Source: Octopus bimaculoides (Eukaryota). Taken from it: 49,214 bases of DNA. The stretch covers positions 20,988,270 through 21,037,483 of the forward strand of contig NC_069007.1 of assembly GCF_001194135.2 (NCBI RefSeq), read 5' to 3'. The translations under genes and the position numbers were made by a program. This document shows, piece after piece, positions 11,447-23,093 of the stretch (position 1 is the first letter of the stretch; each line of letters starts with the position of its first letter). The notes beneath the pieces are model-generated. The model saw only the letters and a program-made list of their open reading frames with translations. It made no database searches and was not told where the DNA came from.

Positions 11447-12694
11447 TTACCAACACAATACAAAACTAAGCAATAAATACAACTGTAAGCTAAAAATTAA
11501 CCAAAAATTACAATTTGTGTTTTCATTAAAATTCTGATAAACACCTGAAAGAACGGCAAAAAAGATAATGAGCCGCAAGAATATTTTAACGAGTCCAACC
11601 TTTTTCTTTCTCTTTTCCACTCTTGGGAATATTTCAACTTTTTCAGTTTCATAATAAGGATAACCAAAAAATGGTTGAAATTTAAAACGCCATCTTTGGT
11701 GAAATTTAATTTTCTTAAGCTTAAACGACCGACGATGAAGATTTTCCTGTTCTGCTTCAATTCTGCTGAAAAATTTTGAAAATTCATGCATCGTTGGGAA
11801 ATTAGTTTCTTCGTCTTTCATTTGTTCAAACACTTTGCTTCCGCGTTCTATACTTTTGTAACAGTTCTGCAATTTGGAATAATGTCGGTCAAGCTCGTGA
11901 ATAAGCTGACTTTGCCACATATTGACCTTCTTCACTTGTTCGTTGACGGAAGCCTGCACTGCATAAAGAAACTGGTCACGACTGTCGTAGATTTTACTTA
12001 AAACTTCATCACGAGAAGTTGTTATCTGATTTTTCACCAGGTCAAGCTTCAAAAGTTGTAAATTGATTTGCTCTTTAATAACTTCGAGATATTCAAACTC
12101 TTTTTCGGTAAGTTCTTTGAACGTACTCAGCATCTCTTTGAGTGGCTTAGTTTTGTGTCGATAATGAGATTTGTAATAACACTGTAGGCAAATATCTTTA
12201 CTGCAGGTGACACAGAACACCTGTAGATATTCACCACTATGCAATTGGCACTCTGCTTCTGGTGGTTCCTTAGGATCAGGATAATTAACTTGAAGAGGTA
12301 CGAGTATGTTCTCAATGGAATCCATGTGTAAGGTAAGGTTGTGTTTGGTTGCACACCAGCTACACAAATCCATGTTACATTTGCTGCAGTTGTACTTGGC
12401 CAAACGGCTGTCTTTTGTACAGGAGTCACAAATCTTCTGTTCAAAAGATGTGGTGATTTCTTCTTTGAGAGAATTAATAAGAAAATTGGCAGGAAATTCT
12501 TGAGATGTTGAAATAGTTGCACGACACTGTGGACACTGTATCAAGCGCATGGACGATGCATTTTTTAGCTGTTGTAGGCACTCATAACAAATAGAATGAA
12601 AACAAGGCAGCAGCCTAGGATCTTCGTACTCATCAAGGCAGACGGGGCAATTCAGGAGACGCTCTCGAACCCGGCGCAGTTTCAGATTTTCCAT
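11447..12694 (-). CDS. TRIM-family E3 ubiquitin ligase: RING, B-box1, B-box2, coiled coil, two C-terminal hydrophobic segments (415 aa); coding region intronless
   Basis: C3HC4 RING CPVC...CFHSIC..C...CPQC; B-box1 CDSC...CSKC..LCSWC...H; B-box2 CQLH...FCVTC..ICLQC...HYRH; true ATG at 12694, 1 nt after the acceptor ttttgcttatttgttacag. Confidence 0.92.
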   Translation of the reverse strand: MENLKLRRVRERLLNCPVCLDEYEDPRLLPCFHSICYECLQQLKNASSMRLIQCPQCRATISTSQEFPANFLINSLKEEITTSFEQKICDSCTKDSRLAKYNCSKCNMDLCSWCATKHNLTLHMDSIENILVPLQVNYPDPKEPPEAECQLHSGEYLQVFCVTCSKDICLQCYYKSHYRHKTKPLKEMLSTFKELTEKEFEYLEVIKEQINLQLLKLDLVKNQITTSRDEVLSKIYDSRDQFLYAVQASVNEQVKKVNMWQSQLIHELDRHYSKLQNCYKSIERGSKVFEQMKDEETNFPTMHEFSKFFSRIEAEQENLHRRSFKLKKIKFHQRWRFKFQPFFGYPYYETEKVEIFPRVEKRKKKVGLVKIFLRLIIFFAVLSGVYQNFNENTNCNFWLIFSLQLYLLLSFVLCW

Positions 12695-12854
12695 GCTGTA
12701 ACAAATAAGCAAAAACAAAATGAAATATTAATCAATATCATAAGAATTTATAAACTCTTGAGAGAATATGATATAATTCTTTTGCGCAATACTGGTTCTA
12801 AAAGCATATCACATAAAGCTATAAATATTGGTATCAAATTTCGGCAACAATTAC

Positions 12855-12965
12855 AGTGGAGGGGTCAAGTTGATTATATGGACCCCAGTGCTCAACAGGT
12901 ACTTATATTATTGACCCTGAAGGGACAAAAGGCAAAGTCGACCTCAGTGGAATTTGAACTCTAAT
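12855..12965 (-). mobile_element. SINE family A, partial
   Basis: GGCAAAGTCGACCTCAGTGGAATTTGAACTC core. Confidence 0.7.
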
Positions 12966-13159
12966 TGTTGAGAAGGCGTTGGTGTTGCTTTGGCAGAGGT
13001 TTGTGCTCTCTGGGTGCTCTTGTTACATTTGGTAATTGGAACTAATACTACAAGGCTTTCTGTCCACCATACTAACAAATTTGCCAGGTCACACTAACGA
13101 CCTGCATGTCACTCTAACCCAACCATTTAATAATTGCAACAAATACTGTAAGAATTTCT

Positions 13160-13288
13160 GTCTACCGTGGGCAAGTGTCTGCTATTGTAGCCTCAGATTG
13201 ACAAAAGCCTTGTGAATAGATTTGGTAGATAGAAACTGAAAGAAGCCCATTATATACATACATATACATGCATGAGCGTGTATGTATG

Positions 13289-13330
<42 letters not shown>

Positions 13331-13835
13331 ACACACGCTACGCACAAGTCAGTAAAATCAATAAGGTAGTGAGATAATGTGAATTAAGAACAAAGTTCAG
13401 TTCGCACCATTGCAGGTTTAATATGGCCACAGAGATTAACACTGTTGTTGATATAACACACACACACGCGTGAACGCAAAGATGCAAAACGATATGGAGG
13501 AAATAATATTCGAATACCAAAGGCAGAGTAAAATAGTATTTTATTGAAGCTGTAAAAACTTCAGAAACTATTACTCAGAGTTATACGTTTTTTTTCTTTT
13601 CAGCTGCAATAAAACATTATATATACGTGTGTGTACATAAATATATATATATATATATATATCGCTTGACAACCGATGCTGGTGCGTTTACGTCCCCATG
13701 ACTTAGCGGTTCGGCAAAAAGGAGACCGATAGAACAAGTACTAGGCTTACAAAGAATAAGTCCTGGGGTCGACTTGCTCGACTAAAGGCGGTGCTCCAGC
13801 ATGGCCGCAGTCAAATGACTGAAATAAGTAAAAGA
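13160..13835 (+). mobile_element. SINE family B/C split by a microsatellite and a nested repeat
   Basis: Head-proximal GGGCAAGTGTCT...GAAAGAAGCCC at 13160-13250 and tail ATCGCTTGACAACCGATG...GGCCGCAGTCAAATGACTG at 13660-13835. Confidence 0.7.
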
Positions 13836-15045
13836 GTATACATACACACACACACATATATATATGTAAAAACATACATATATACACATAAACATAAACA
13901 AAATGGTTTAATATTGAATGTGTAACTATAAACAATATTAAATCATTCTTTATTACATAAGAATCGCTTAATAACAAAATGCTTATACATACATGTTTTC
14001 CAACGATCCAGCAACACAATATATTAATCACCCAAATAAGCTAATACTAACGGTTTTAGTATTTCAAAATTAAACATACTAAGAATAAAGATACTACCAC
14101 TACTAATTTTAATAACAATTATACTAATAATAGACACCACAACAAGCAAATCACGTTTCTCTTAACTGATTCCGACTGCTGGTTTTTGCTAAGGCGAACG
14201 GACCCACCCACACAAGTGTTCATCCAAATTGAAATGATACCGAATATATATTGTTCTTATATACTGTTCTTTAATATTTAAAAAGAAATCCGATCTTAAG
14301 GTAACCAGTTATTTTTAAATTTAACTTCAAAGCAGCCACAGCCAATAAGCTAATTAACATGCGAGTTTCTGCATTTGCGAACCGGTCTACAGGAAAGAAA
14401 TAAAATTCTATAAGGCTATAATGTATTTTAGCGGCGTAAAATCTCAAATGTCGCTGTTGAAGTTTTCCTTTCTCTATCCTTTCGAAAGGATGGAAAAGCA
14501 AAGTCAACCTCGGCGGAATTTAAAGACGGCTAACTTTTCTGCCATTTCGCCGCTTTATTTTCAATCCATATATAAAGATTGATTTCAAATTTTGGCGCTG
14601 TCAAGGTGGTGCTCCAGCATGGCCGCAGGGCAAGAGATATAAAGACTTTATAGAAAACATGAAGCTACAGACATGCGATGCACGTAAAGACGAATGGAAT
14701 GTGATCATGTGTGGGATGCTATTGATCATAGGTATGCTCATTCAGGACTGACCTAGGGTTAAAACAGCTACAACGATAAACAATGGAGACTAGTCGACCT
14801 GGTTGTTGAACTTGCTAGAAATAATAGCCAAATCTATCTCAGATCAAATGTTATTGTATTAAAACAGTGTAAGGACAAACTGGGAAATAAATATTGCTGA
14901 GTTAAATATTATTTTAGAAAATAAACATGCTTTAAATGTGCTTCCTTCACCGGACTAAAATCTATGATAATTTTATTAATTCCATCCTGCTAAATAGCTC
15001 GATATCATAAATGGATTCGTAGAACATAGAATAAAAGAAACTTAC

Positions 15046-15437
15046 TTGAATATTAGTGTGTGAACAAACAACAATGACACGGTTAATTAATCAGAATAAT
15101 GAATGAATCATAACTTTGGTGTGTGTCTGAACAGTTATAGAACTCCTTGTTATGTTAAACATAAACCAGACATTGTGAAAATGATAGTTAAAATAATTAT
15201 ACGGATGCACAGAAACAATAAATTCATTGCAACGTATTTATTTCTAGGAAAGAATAACACAATTCTTCCGACGACTACACAAATCAAACATTATAGCGCT
15301 TAGCATCTCCCATACTTCCATCCGACCTTTAATTACTTCAGCGCATGCTTCGGTCTCTTCCTCTTCTTACCCAGCCTATTGGTGGTTGTTGATTTCTTCC
15401 GTGGTCAATTTCAGGTTTTTCAATTAATTCATCCACA
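15046..15437. promoter_or_regulatory. Candidate bidirectional promoter and 5' UTR region between TRIM (-) and TOMM7 (+)
   Basis: Minus-strand donor CAA|GTAAGT at 15046/15045; GCGCATGC at 15341; pyrimidine tract TCTCTTCCTCTTCTT at 15354-15368. Confidence 0.35.
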
Positions 15438-15540
15438 ATGGTACACATGAGTCCAGAAATGAAATCTCGTGTCAGCAGTGTGCTGTGGTTAGCTAAGACA
15501 ATATTCCATGTAGGATTTATTCCTTCTGTACTTTATTTAG
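15438..15540 (+). CDS. TOMM7: TOMM7 exon 1
   Basis: ATG to TTAG|gtgagt. Confidence 0.95.
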
Positions 15541-17139
15541 GTGAGTTACATAAAACCTTTATTATTAATTAAACTAATTGGTAATTTCCCGTTTGACGTT
15601 CGTAAACATCCAATTCATTTTATTTTCAATTTCATTTCAACTCGATTACCCTGTTTTTCCTTGTGTTATTGTAAATCCCACCGAAATACTTACAGATCGG
15701 TATACAATTACAACTTGTATTGCTTCGTGTCCCCGCCGTGGAATTATTGAAGAATTCTCACATGTGCCCAGGGCCAATCTCTCTATTTAAAAAATATTTC
15801 TTCCTCTCTTTTTACTCGCTGTTCGTAGTGTGTACCACTTATAATTACGAAATGTTTTATTGAAACAAACTTTATGGATCACTGATTTTACTAACGTCAA
15901 ATAGGAAATAATTCTGTTATGGCTGTTTCGTTCCTTTAAATGTTTCACGTCTCATTCATTTAACCTTGAAAAATTAATGGGGTTTCCAACTCCAAACCCC
16001 TTGTTGGAACTGATTTGTTATGAAAGAAATCTTTGTTCATGATTAACGTTAAATTATTATTCTATGGCATACCTGCACAAATGTGATTCCCTACCTATGA
16101 TTTCGTTTCTTCATAACCTTCCGAGAAATGGGTATTCTTAAATGAAATTTTGCACGAAGTCGTAACGGGTCTCAGACTGTATATATTGACCGGTGTAGAT
16201 GACAATTACATCGGAAATTAATGTTAGAAAATGAGAAAAGTTGACGGTCGCGTCTACGTATATACTGGCAGACCTCGCATAATTAAGTATTGGGGACAAT
16301 GTGATCGATACAAACCTTGACGAAGGTACTACGGAATGTGGCTGCAGCCCCTATATTATTTGAAACCAGTACAAACAAAAAAAAATGTGTATATGTATAT
16401 ATATATAAAATATTATCATGTGTATGTGTGTATTACATATAAACAAGTATATCCACGCGTGTGTATTAAATATTAGCATGTGTAAACCACTGCATGCATT
16501 GAATAAAATTGGACCCCTTGACTCGTGGGGGCCCTCAGCAACTGTTGTCACAAAAATATTGTTTATTTTTATTTTAATTTTTTTATTTACTGAACACATT
16601 TTTTATTGCAGGTTTCAAAAAAGGTGCCGACGAAGGAATGCCAGAATTAACAGTGATGAGGTCAGATATTTTCAGCATTATCATCGTTCTAGTACCAGTA
16701 CTGTGGTTTACAATTTTTGATTATGAGCCTTTACATTCTGAGTTCAAATTCCACCATAGTTGGATTGATTTCATTTTTTTCCTTTTTCTTTTTTTATGTA
16801 CTTGATTTCCTTTTCCATGCTTGCTTTCGTTGGACAGAGTTCTTCAAGGCTGATTTTTCTATGGCTTCTTCCCACACAGCCATGCCTGTACCTAAAAATG
16901 CAGCATAACGTATAACTCTGAGTAATAGTTTATGAAGTTTTTACAGCTTCAATAAAATACTATTTTACTCTGCTTTTGGTATTCGAGTATTATTTCCTCC
17001 AGTCAGTTGATCAATCTATCTATCTATCTATCGATCGATCGATCGATCTATCTATCATGTGTGTTTATATATATATACATTTAGTGCATTCTGAATTATT
17101 GTTATTTTCTTATGTAATTTCAGTTTATTGTGGCAGTAA
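15438..17139 (+). CDS. TOMM7: Mitochondrial import receptor subunit TOM7 (55 aa); exons 15438-15540, 16612-16660, 17124-17139
   Basis: Spliced protein MVHMSPEMKSRVSSVLWLAKTIFHVGFIPSVLYLGFKKGADEGMPELTVMSLLWQ has the Tom7 signature GFIP..LYLGF..GAD.GMP; all junctions GT-AG; 103+49+16 = 168 nt; AATAAA at 17259. Confidence 0.96.
16612..16660 (+). CDS. TOMM7: TOMM7 exon 2
   Basis: ttgcag|GTTTCAAA...GAG|gtcaga; encodes FKKGADEGMPELTVM. Confidence 0.95.
17124..17139 (+). CDS. TOMM7: TOMM7 exon 3
   Basis: tttcag|TTTATTGTGGCAGTAA; encodes (S)LLWQ*. Confidence 0.92.
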
Positions 17140-17339
17140 GATGAAACAAAACACCACAAATCATGGTTAGCTGAGATGAAAGATTGTACATATTTGTGAA
17201 GAGAAAATATTTACTTCCTGTTCCAGAAACTTGTTAAACATGACAAAATGGTTTTGAAAATAAATCTTTAACTTCCAATCACTGCTTTCTTTTGGTTTTT
17301 CAACATTAATTACATATCGTCATCAATTACATATATAAA

Positions 17340-17600
17340 AAGGTAAAGGTAAAGCTACCTTCTCAAGTCATACTGACTCATAAAGGCCAGCTTCCTGATT
17401 TCATGGCATATATATATATTCCCCACCTGGATGGGACGCTAGCCCCTGGCACGATTACTCATTTTTGTCAGTTGTGTGAAGTGGAGCAACATGTAACGAA
17501 GTCTTCTGCTCACGAACACCAAACATTGCCTAGTCCAAGAATTGAAACCACAATCTTCTGATCACAAGTCCAACACCCTAAACACATAGCCACATGCCTC
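17340..17600 (-). mobile_element. tRNA-derived SINE (family G)
   Basis: Family shared with 2536-2692, 27060-27340 and 48425-48575. Confidence 0.7.
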
Positions 17601-17950
17601 CACTGTGTAGTAATAGGTCGGGTGTGTAAGGAGATGGAGTGTTTGTCATGTTGGTGGTAAAATTTATGCTCCAAACACCAGTTTTATAATTTCAAAATCA
17701 GTTGGAACAAAGGCAGAGTATTTTAAAAGAAATACACCAATAAAAGGTTTAACAAAACACAAACAAAAGGTTAACATAACATACATTCCATGTACGCTTC
17801 AACAGTAACAACAAAGAAATTTTTATTGAATATAATTTAAAAAGTTAAATTCAAAGAGAATTAAATATGAGTGCATAAACAAACACACGTATATACATAC
17901 AACTGTAGATTAATGACAGAAAATTGAATGAATGACAGTCTTTATTTGCA

Positions 17951-18056
17951 AATCACTACAATTGTTTCGACACACTCTCACACTTAGTAGTACATAGGTG
18001 AGATGGGCAATTATTATCTTAGATCCAAGGTGTGGAATGCATCTCCTCTGGTGATT
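17951..18056 (-). ncRNA. Hammerhead-ribozyme-like motif, type I, long helix II, U4 changed to A
   Basis: AATCAC-CAGAGGA-GATGCA...TGTGTC-GAA-ACAATTGT-A-GTGATT. Confidence 0.6.
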
Positions 18057-18600
18057 GTTTAAACATATTCTTCGTTAGATCCTCTCATCGTTTCAGTGTG
18101 ATAATGTATTCCCAAAGTGATGTGTTGTTTTCAGCAGTTTACAAACAAAACTAAACTTATAGATATACCGACAGATAAAATACAATTTCAATCAAAATAC
18201 AAAATGCATAAAGAAAGAAAAGAAAAGGGTCAGATTGACTATAAATTACCATTCTCTCTTAATGGTCAGATTATAAGGAAGAAAATTTATATAAAATGGA
18301 AATAGTCAAAGGGTAAGTCCACCTTTGTCCTGGGAGAATTTTGAACCTGGGTTCTCATTCCTAAGGTATTTTTCCGATGTTGTTGTTATCATCATCATCA
18401 TCCCTGTGGGATGAAGTTAAAATAATAGACAGAGAACACCACTGGAAAATATGAAAACTAAAAGAGGCAGCACATATGCTAGGACATAATAACTTCCTAA
18501 GCAGACCGAGTGCAGATATGAACAGCATATGGAAACCGGTATTAAGGAAGGATAGGAGAATATTAGATTTATAAGCCCTAAAATTCACTCCATAATTGCC

Positions 18601-18830
18601 CATGGGCATATAGCATAGTGGTTAAGAGCACAGGCTATTAACTGCAAGATTCCAAGTTCGATTCCAGGCAGTGACCTGAATAATAATAACATTGGAAAAA
18701 TACCTTAGGAATGAGAACCCAGGTTTGAAATTCCCCCAGGACACCTGATGAAGGCTGGAGAGTACATTGGCCGAAACGTGTTAACAACAAACCAGATGAG
18801 GACAAATATCTGTCAAATGTAAATAATGTA
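18601..18830 (+). mobile_element. tRNA-headed SINE with (AAT)n linker and hammerhead-containing tail (family D)
   Basis: A box TAGCATAGTGG at 18611, B box GTTCGATTC at 18656, then AAT repeats, then GACAC-CTGATGA-A-GGCTG...TGGCC-GAAACG at 18740-18782. Confidence 0.75.
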
Positions 18831-19089
18831 CATCCTATAAAATTATTGAGTGCTGTATTGTTTTATTTGTACACTGACCTAACTATTTCTGTGTCTGTCT
18901 GCCTTTTTATGTACCTGAATATCTGTTTCTATCTATATCTATCCATCCATCCATCTGTCTATCTACACATAAACCCACATATTTCTTTGTTTCACTATAA
19001 AATTACTTTGGTTTTGTAGATTATATTTTCTGTATAGTTAATTAAACAAATTAATTAAATATAAGACAAAGTTGTTGGAATATTTCTTA

Positions 19090-19253
19090 TCACTTGATAA
19101 ATATTTGTGGACATCCTTCTTCAGTGTCGACAATCTTTTCACATTCCATCATAAAATCATAAGTGATTCTCTCACTGATAACAGAATCATTCTTGTAATC
19201 CTCATGATTTCTAACAAACTGCCTTGTCCATTGAGCCATTGTCATTATATTTC
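19090..19253 (-). CDS. GCLC-like exon 16 (NIMTMAQW...CPQIFIK*)
   Basis: 164 nt ending in TGA. Confidence 0.92.
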
Positions 19254-22200
19254 CTGGAAAATAAATTAAAATAATAAATGGTTTATTATTTATTTTATAT
19301 GGAAATTATTTGCTGTATTATGTAACGATATCCTGGCTCCATGATCTGAGGCACAAATAGATAAAGCGTTGATTGTTTATTTTCTTTAAAACTGAATTAT
19401 GGTAGAATGATTTAATTTCAAGAATGATTCTGGAAATGATCTACTCATGTAATTTATGCACCACTAAAGTTTATTTTTGTGAAAAAAAGTGCATAAATTA
19501 CATGGGTTTTTATAGTAAGTGTGTAATGTTTGGAGTGTAAAAACATTAACAATAAGGATTACTGGGATAAAATACTGCTTAACATTATATTTTGTAACTG
19601 ACAAAGAAACTAGCATTATTGGGGATTTAATGTTGTATATTTGAAATAACATTTATTAATACTGAGGAAAAAAAATGAATCATTTTACCTGCAGCTTTGT
19701 CTGAGATATATTTCAGGTATTGCATTATCTGAGGTCTGCCATTGGCATCATAGTCAATGTAATCAAGATATTTGTGTATGAGAGGAATTAAACCAGGGAA
19801 ATCATCCTGTTGGGAATAGAATCAAAATGATTAAAAACGAAAAGAATCATGTCAATGCCATAATCGAAACCATTCTGGTTAATCCAAGAGTTCATTGAAG
19901 CATTTAAGAACTACAGTTGTCATGCAGATTCTTCATCCCACACATCAGGTGGAACTTACAGAACTTTCTAGAATCTTTCTTGTAGACTAATTCTTACTGA
20001 CACAAACAATTACCATTTACTTCAGAATCTAAATTTTACCCAATTCATTTTTAACTTAATCCCAATTCATTTAAAACTGATATAAAAACTAGACATCTGT
20101 TTCTTTTGGATTTTAGAATTTAGAATCTCAAATAACTGTTTTAGAATATATTAAAAATATTTTTTACCTTTCCATTCATGATGTCATTTATCGTCATCAA
20201 GGTGTAAATATCATCAGTTAGTTCACAACCAGCAAAGTCTAAATGACACAAAACAATTATAGATTTATAATATCAAAATATTTGGTTGGTTGATAGAACA
20301 AAAATATTTATTTATCATCATCAAATAAAAAAAAAAAAACTCAGAAAAGCGCTATTTGTGCAAGTGAATCAGTTTGTGTGTGTCAGCAATGTTGTTTGTT
20401 CAATGCCATAACTAAAGTTGAGAGGTGTAATTTCCTGCAGCTACTTGTATATATAGCCAATGGGTCTGTGTACATGTGGGGAAAATGTACACCACAGAAA
20501 CTGGGGAACTGCCCCTATGAGACTACATGACTCAGGAAGGACCTTTATCTTATTTATCCTTATGTGTCAGAGACCCCCATCATCCCACCGTCCATATATT
20601 TTAAGTACATGACACTCCTTGTACTGCAATAGAGAAACTATAAACCCCAGTAGAAACACTATCATACCTCTAACTAATGTTTGTGACACCCTAGGATGTC
20701 CCAACACTCTCAGGTGGTGTGGCCTTTAGTTAAACAACAAAATATATTTCCTAAACAATCATGATATTTAATCAAAGTTAAAATTAATTTCTTGTTATTC
20801 TTAAAATTTCTTACTTACCTTTTTGAATATCTTTCTTGAAGTAAAACTTTTCTTTATTGATGGCATCACGCTTCTGTGCTATTGAAATGTTTTCTTCAAC
20901 CTTGGAGAGAGTGAAACGATAAGGAATAAATAAATATTTCTATTATACATATATGGAGCAAAGAATTCAGGAGAAAATATTTGCAAAGATATTATTGACA
21001 TACTTATTATGTCCTTTGATTAATTTTAATCCTTCAGCTATTTTATGCTTTTGGGGGGCCTGCAATCACCCATGTTACTGATTCTGTTATTATCATTTTT
21101 AATTGTTACACTAGATAATATTAGAGTCAATAATATCTTCACGAATATTTTCTCCTGAATTATTTGCTCCATGTTGAAATTATTTTCACATTGGTGGCTG
21201 CCATGATTCAGAGCAAAACAAATCAGCTGCAGTACAGACTTCAACGTGACGGGTGGTGGCTTTCCATCATAGTAACGTGTGGTGAGGAAGATGAGGCTAT
21301 AATGCCTGTCCAGAAACCGGTCCATGTGAGTCCAAATACTTGAATGTATGCTGAGAGATTATCTTAGCCCATTTGCCCTCAGATGGTTGATTTCTGTAGT
21401 TATCATCAGTTTTTTTGGCGATTTAAATAAGAGTTTTGACTGTTATTTCCAGCAGGTAGACATACTTAGTATGTCCTTTGATTAATTTTATATTACACAC
21501 ACACACACACACGTGATCTTAATAGCTTTAAGTATGATCTTAATAACTTTAAAAATGGTAATCTTATGAAAGCAGTGTGTTGAGATATAATCAGGCACTT
21601 ACCATAGGCCACATATCAATGGCTATGTCAAAGAGTTCAATATTTATTTTAGAGAAATCAATATTTACCTTTGTTATCGGGATCAAAAGGTTCAGTTTGA
21701 AAGTAACAATAGCTCGAGTGAGAAGAAGAATAAACACAACAAGAGCAGCATTTTCAAAGTCGGTCAATTGAAGCTGGAAATATAGAAAATGGTTATTAAT
21801 GGCATTTCAAGACTTTTGAAAGTTGCAAGGCAAAGCAATATATAGTAATATATAAACATTGATATTTATTTATGGATATTTATTTATATTGATATCAGAG
21901 GTGACTCCAGGTCATCAGTGTCACTCAGGCTCATCATAGATTTTGCATAAGACATTCAAAGAATTATTAGAAATACTTTTCCAAGGTGTCTCGTAGTGAG
22001 ACTGAACTCAGAACCATGTCGATGTGAAGCCAACACCAAAAAGCTATGGCCGCACCTATATACAATGAAATATACAGAGATATTTATTACGGAGACAGTT
22101 TCTAGTAAAATGTTACCTCCATTGTTCTAAATTCTATTTTCCATCCAGATTTTTCATCAGGAAGTTTCAGTCTTATGCTGTGCCAATTACTTCCAATGAT

Positions 22201-22988
22201 GGTCTAAAACAGAAGGTTAAACAAGGTTTTTCACTGATATAGAACATCTAAAACAATTTAATAATGAATATATTTATACACATATAATATGTACTAGTGA
22301 ATTATGCATATCATTAATTATAGATTATGAAACCCAGAAGAAAATATGACCATTGTGCATTTAGAATCAAGATGTGTAGAAAAAGTATTTAGTCAGATTT
22401 ACTATAATTGCAGTGTAAAATACATTGAAAAGGGAACACATTGTGAAGAAAACAAAATGCAAATTTTTAAGTAACCTTTGACCTTTACCAGATTATACTC
22501 CACCTCCTGCACTCTATGTACCGATGGTGTATGACTGTTTTGAACACCCAGGGAGGGTATACATGGTATTGATCATGTCACACCCTACAATCTCATTGAG
22601 CTGGATCCACCCACTACCAGAACATATCACATTGACCCATAGACTGTGGTCAAAATGCATCCAGGAAATTGACTTTATCAGATCTATGAAAATTTATCTC
22701 TGACATAATGAAATTAAAACAGCTTATTTCTTAATTAATTTCTAGCTTCATAATTCACAACGATCTATTTGTAAATTGATAAAAAAAGTATTAAACAAAT
22801 ATATTTTACCTGAATGTGATCAGTATCCTTGGCATTGTCTTGGTGAAGCTTTTCTTTGAATAAAGTGATAGGATCTCTAATCAGGAACTGGGCAATATAT
22901 TTCGCCATCATTTCATCAACACCTGATTATTGGAGCAACAGTGTGTGAAGTTTTGTTAACTTTAATAAAATACTACACACAAACAGAG

Positions 22989-23019
<31 letters not shown>

Positions 23020-23037
23020 CATATATACACACACATA

Positions 23038-23093
<56 letters not shown>

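Noticed and set aside
18611-18680. tRNA-like heads (also 28540-28609 and 41700-41765) as true tRNA genes
   Set aside because: No pairing acceptor stem; copies are divergent and always attached to the same repeat tail, so they are SINE heads.
21038-21325. 95-aa minus-strand ORF (MDRFLDRHYS...) inside GCLC-like intron 12
   Set aside because: No recognisable motif, no fitting splice sites, and it spans the rearranged repeat region.
22470-22660. Possible Tc1-like transposase relic
   Set aside because: Only vague similarity through multiple frameshifts; not supportable by eye.
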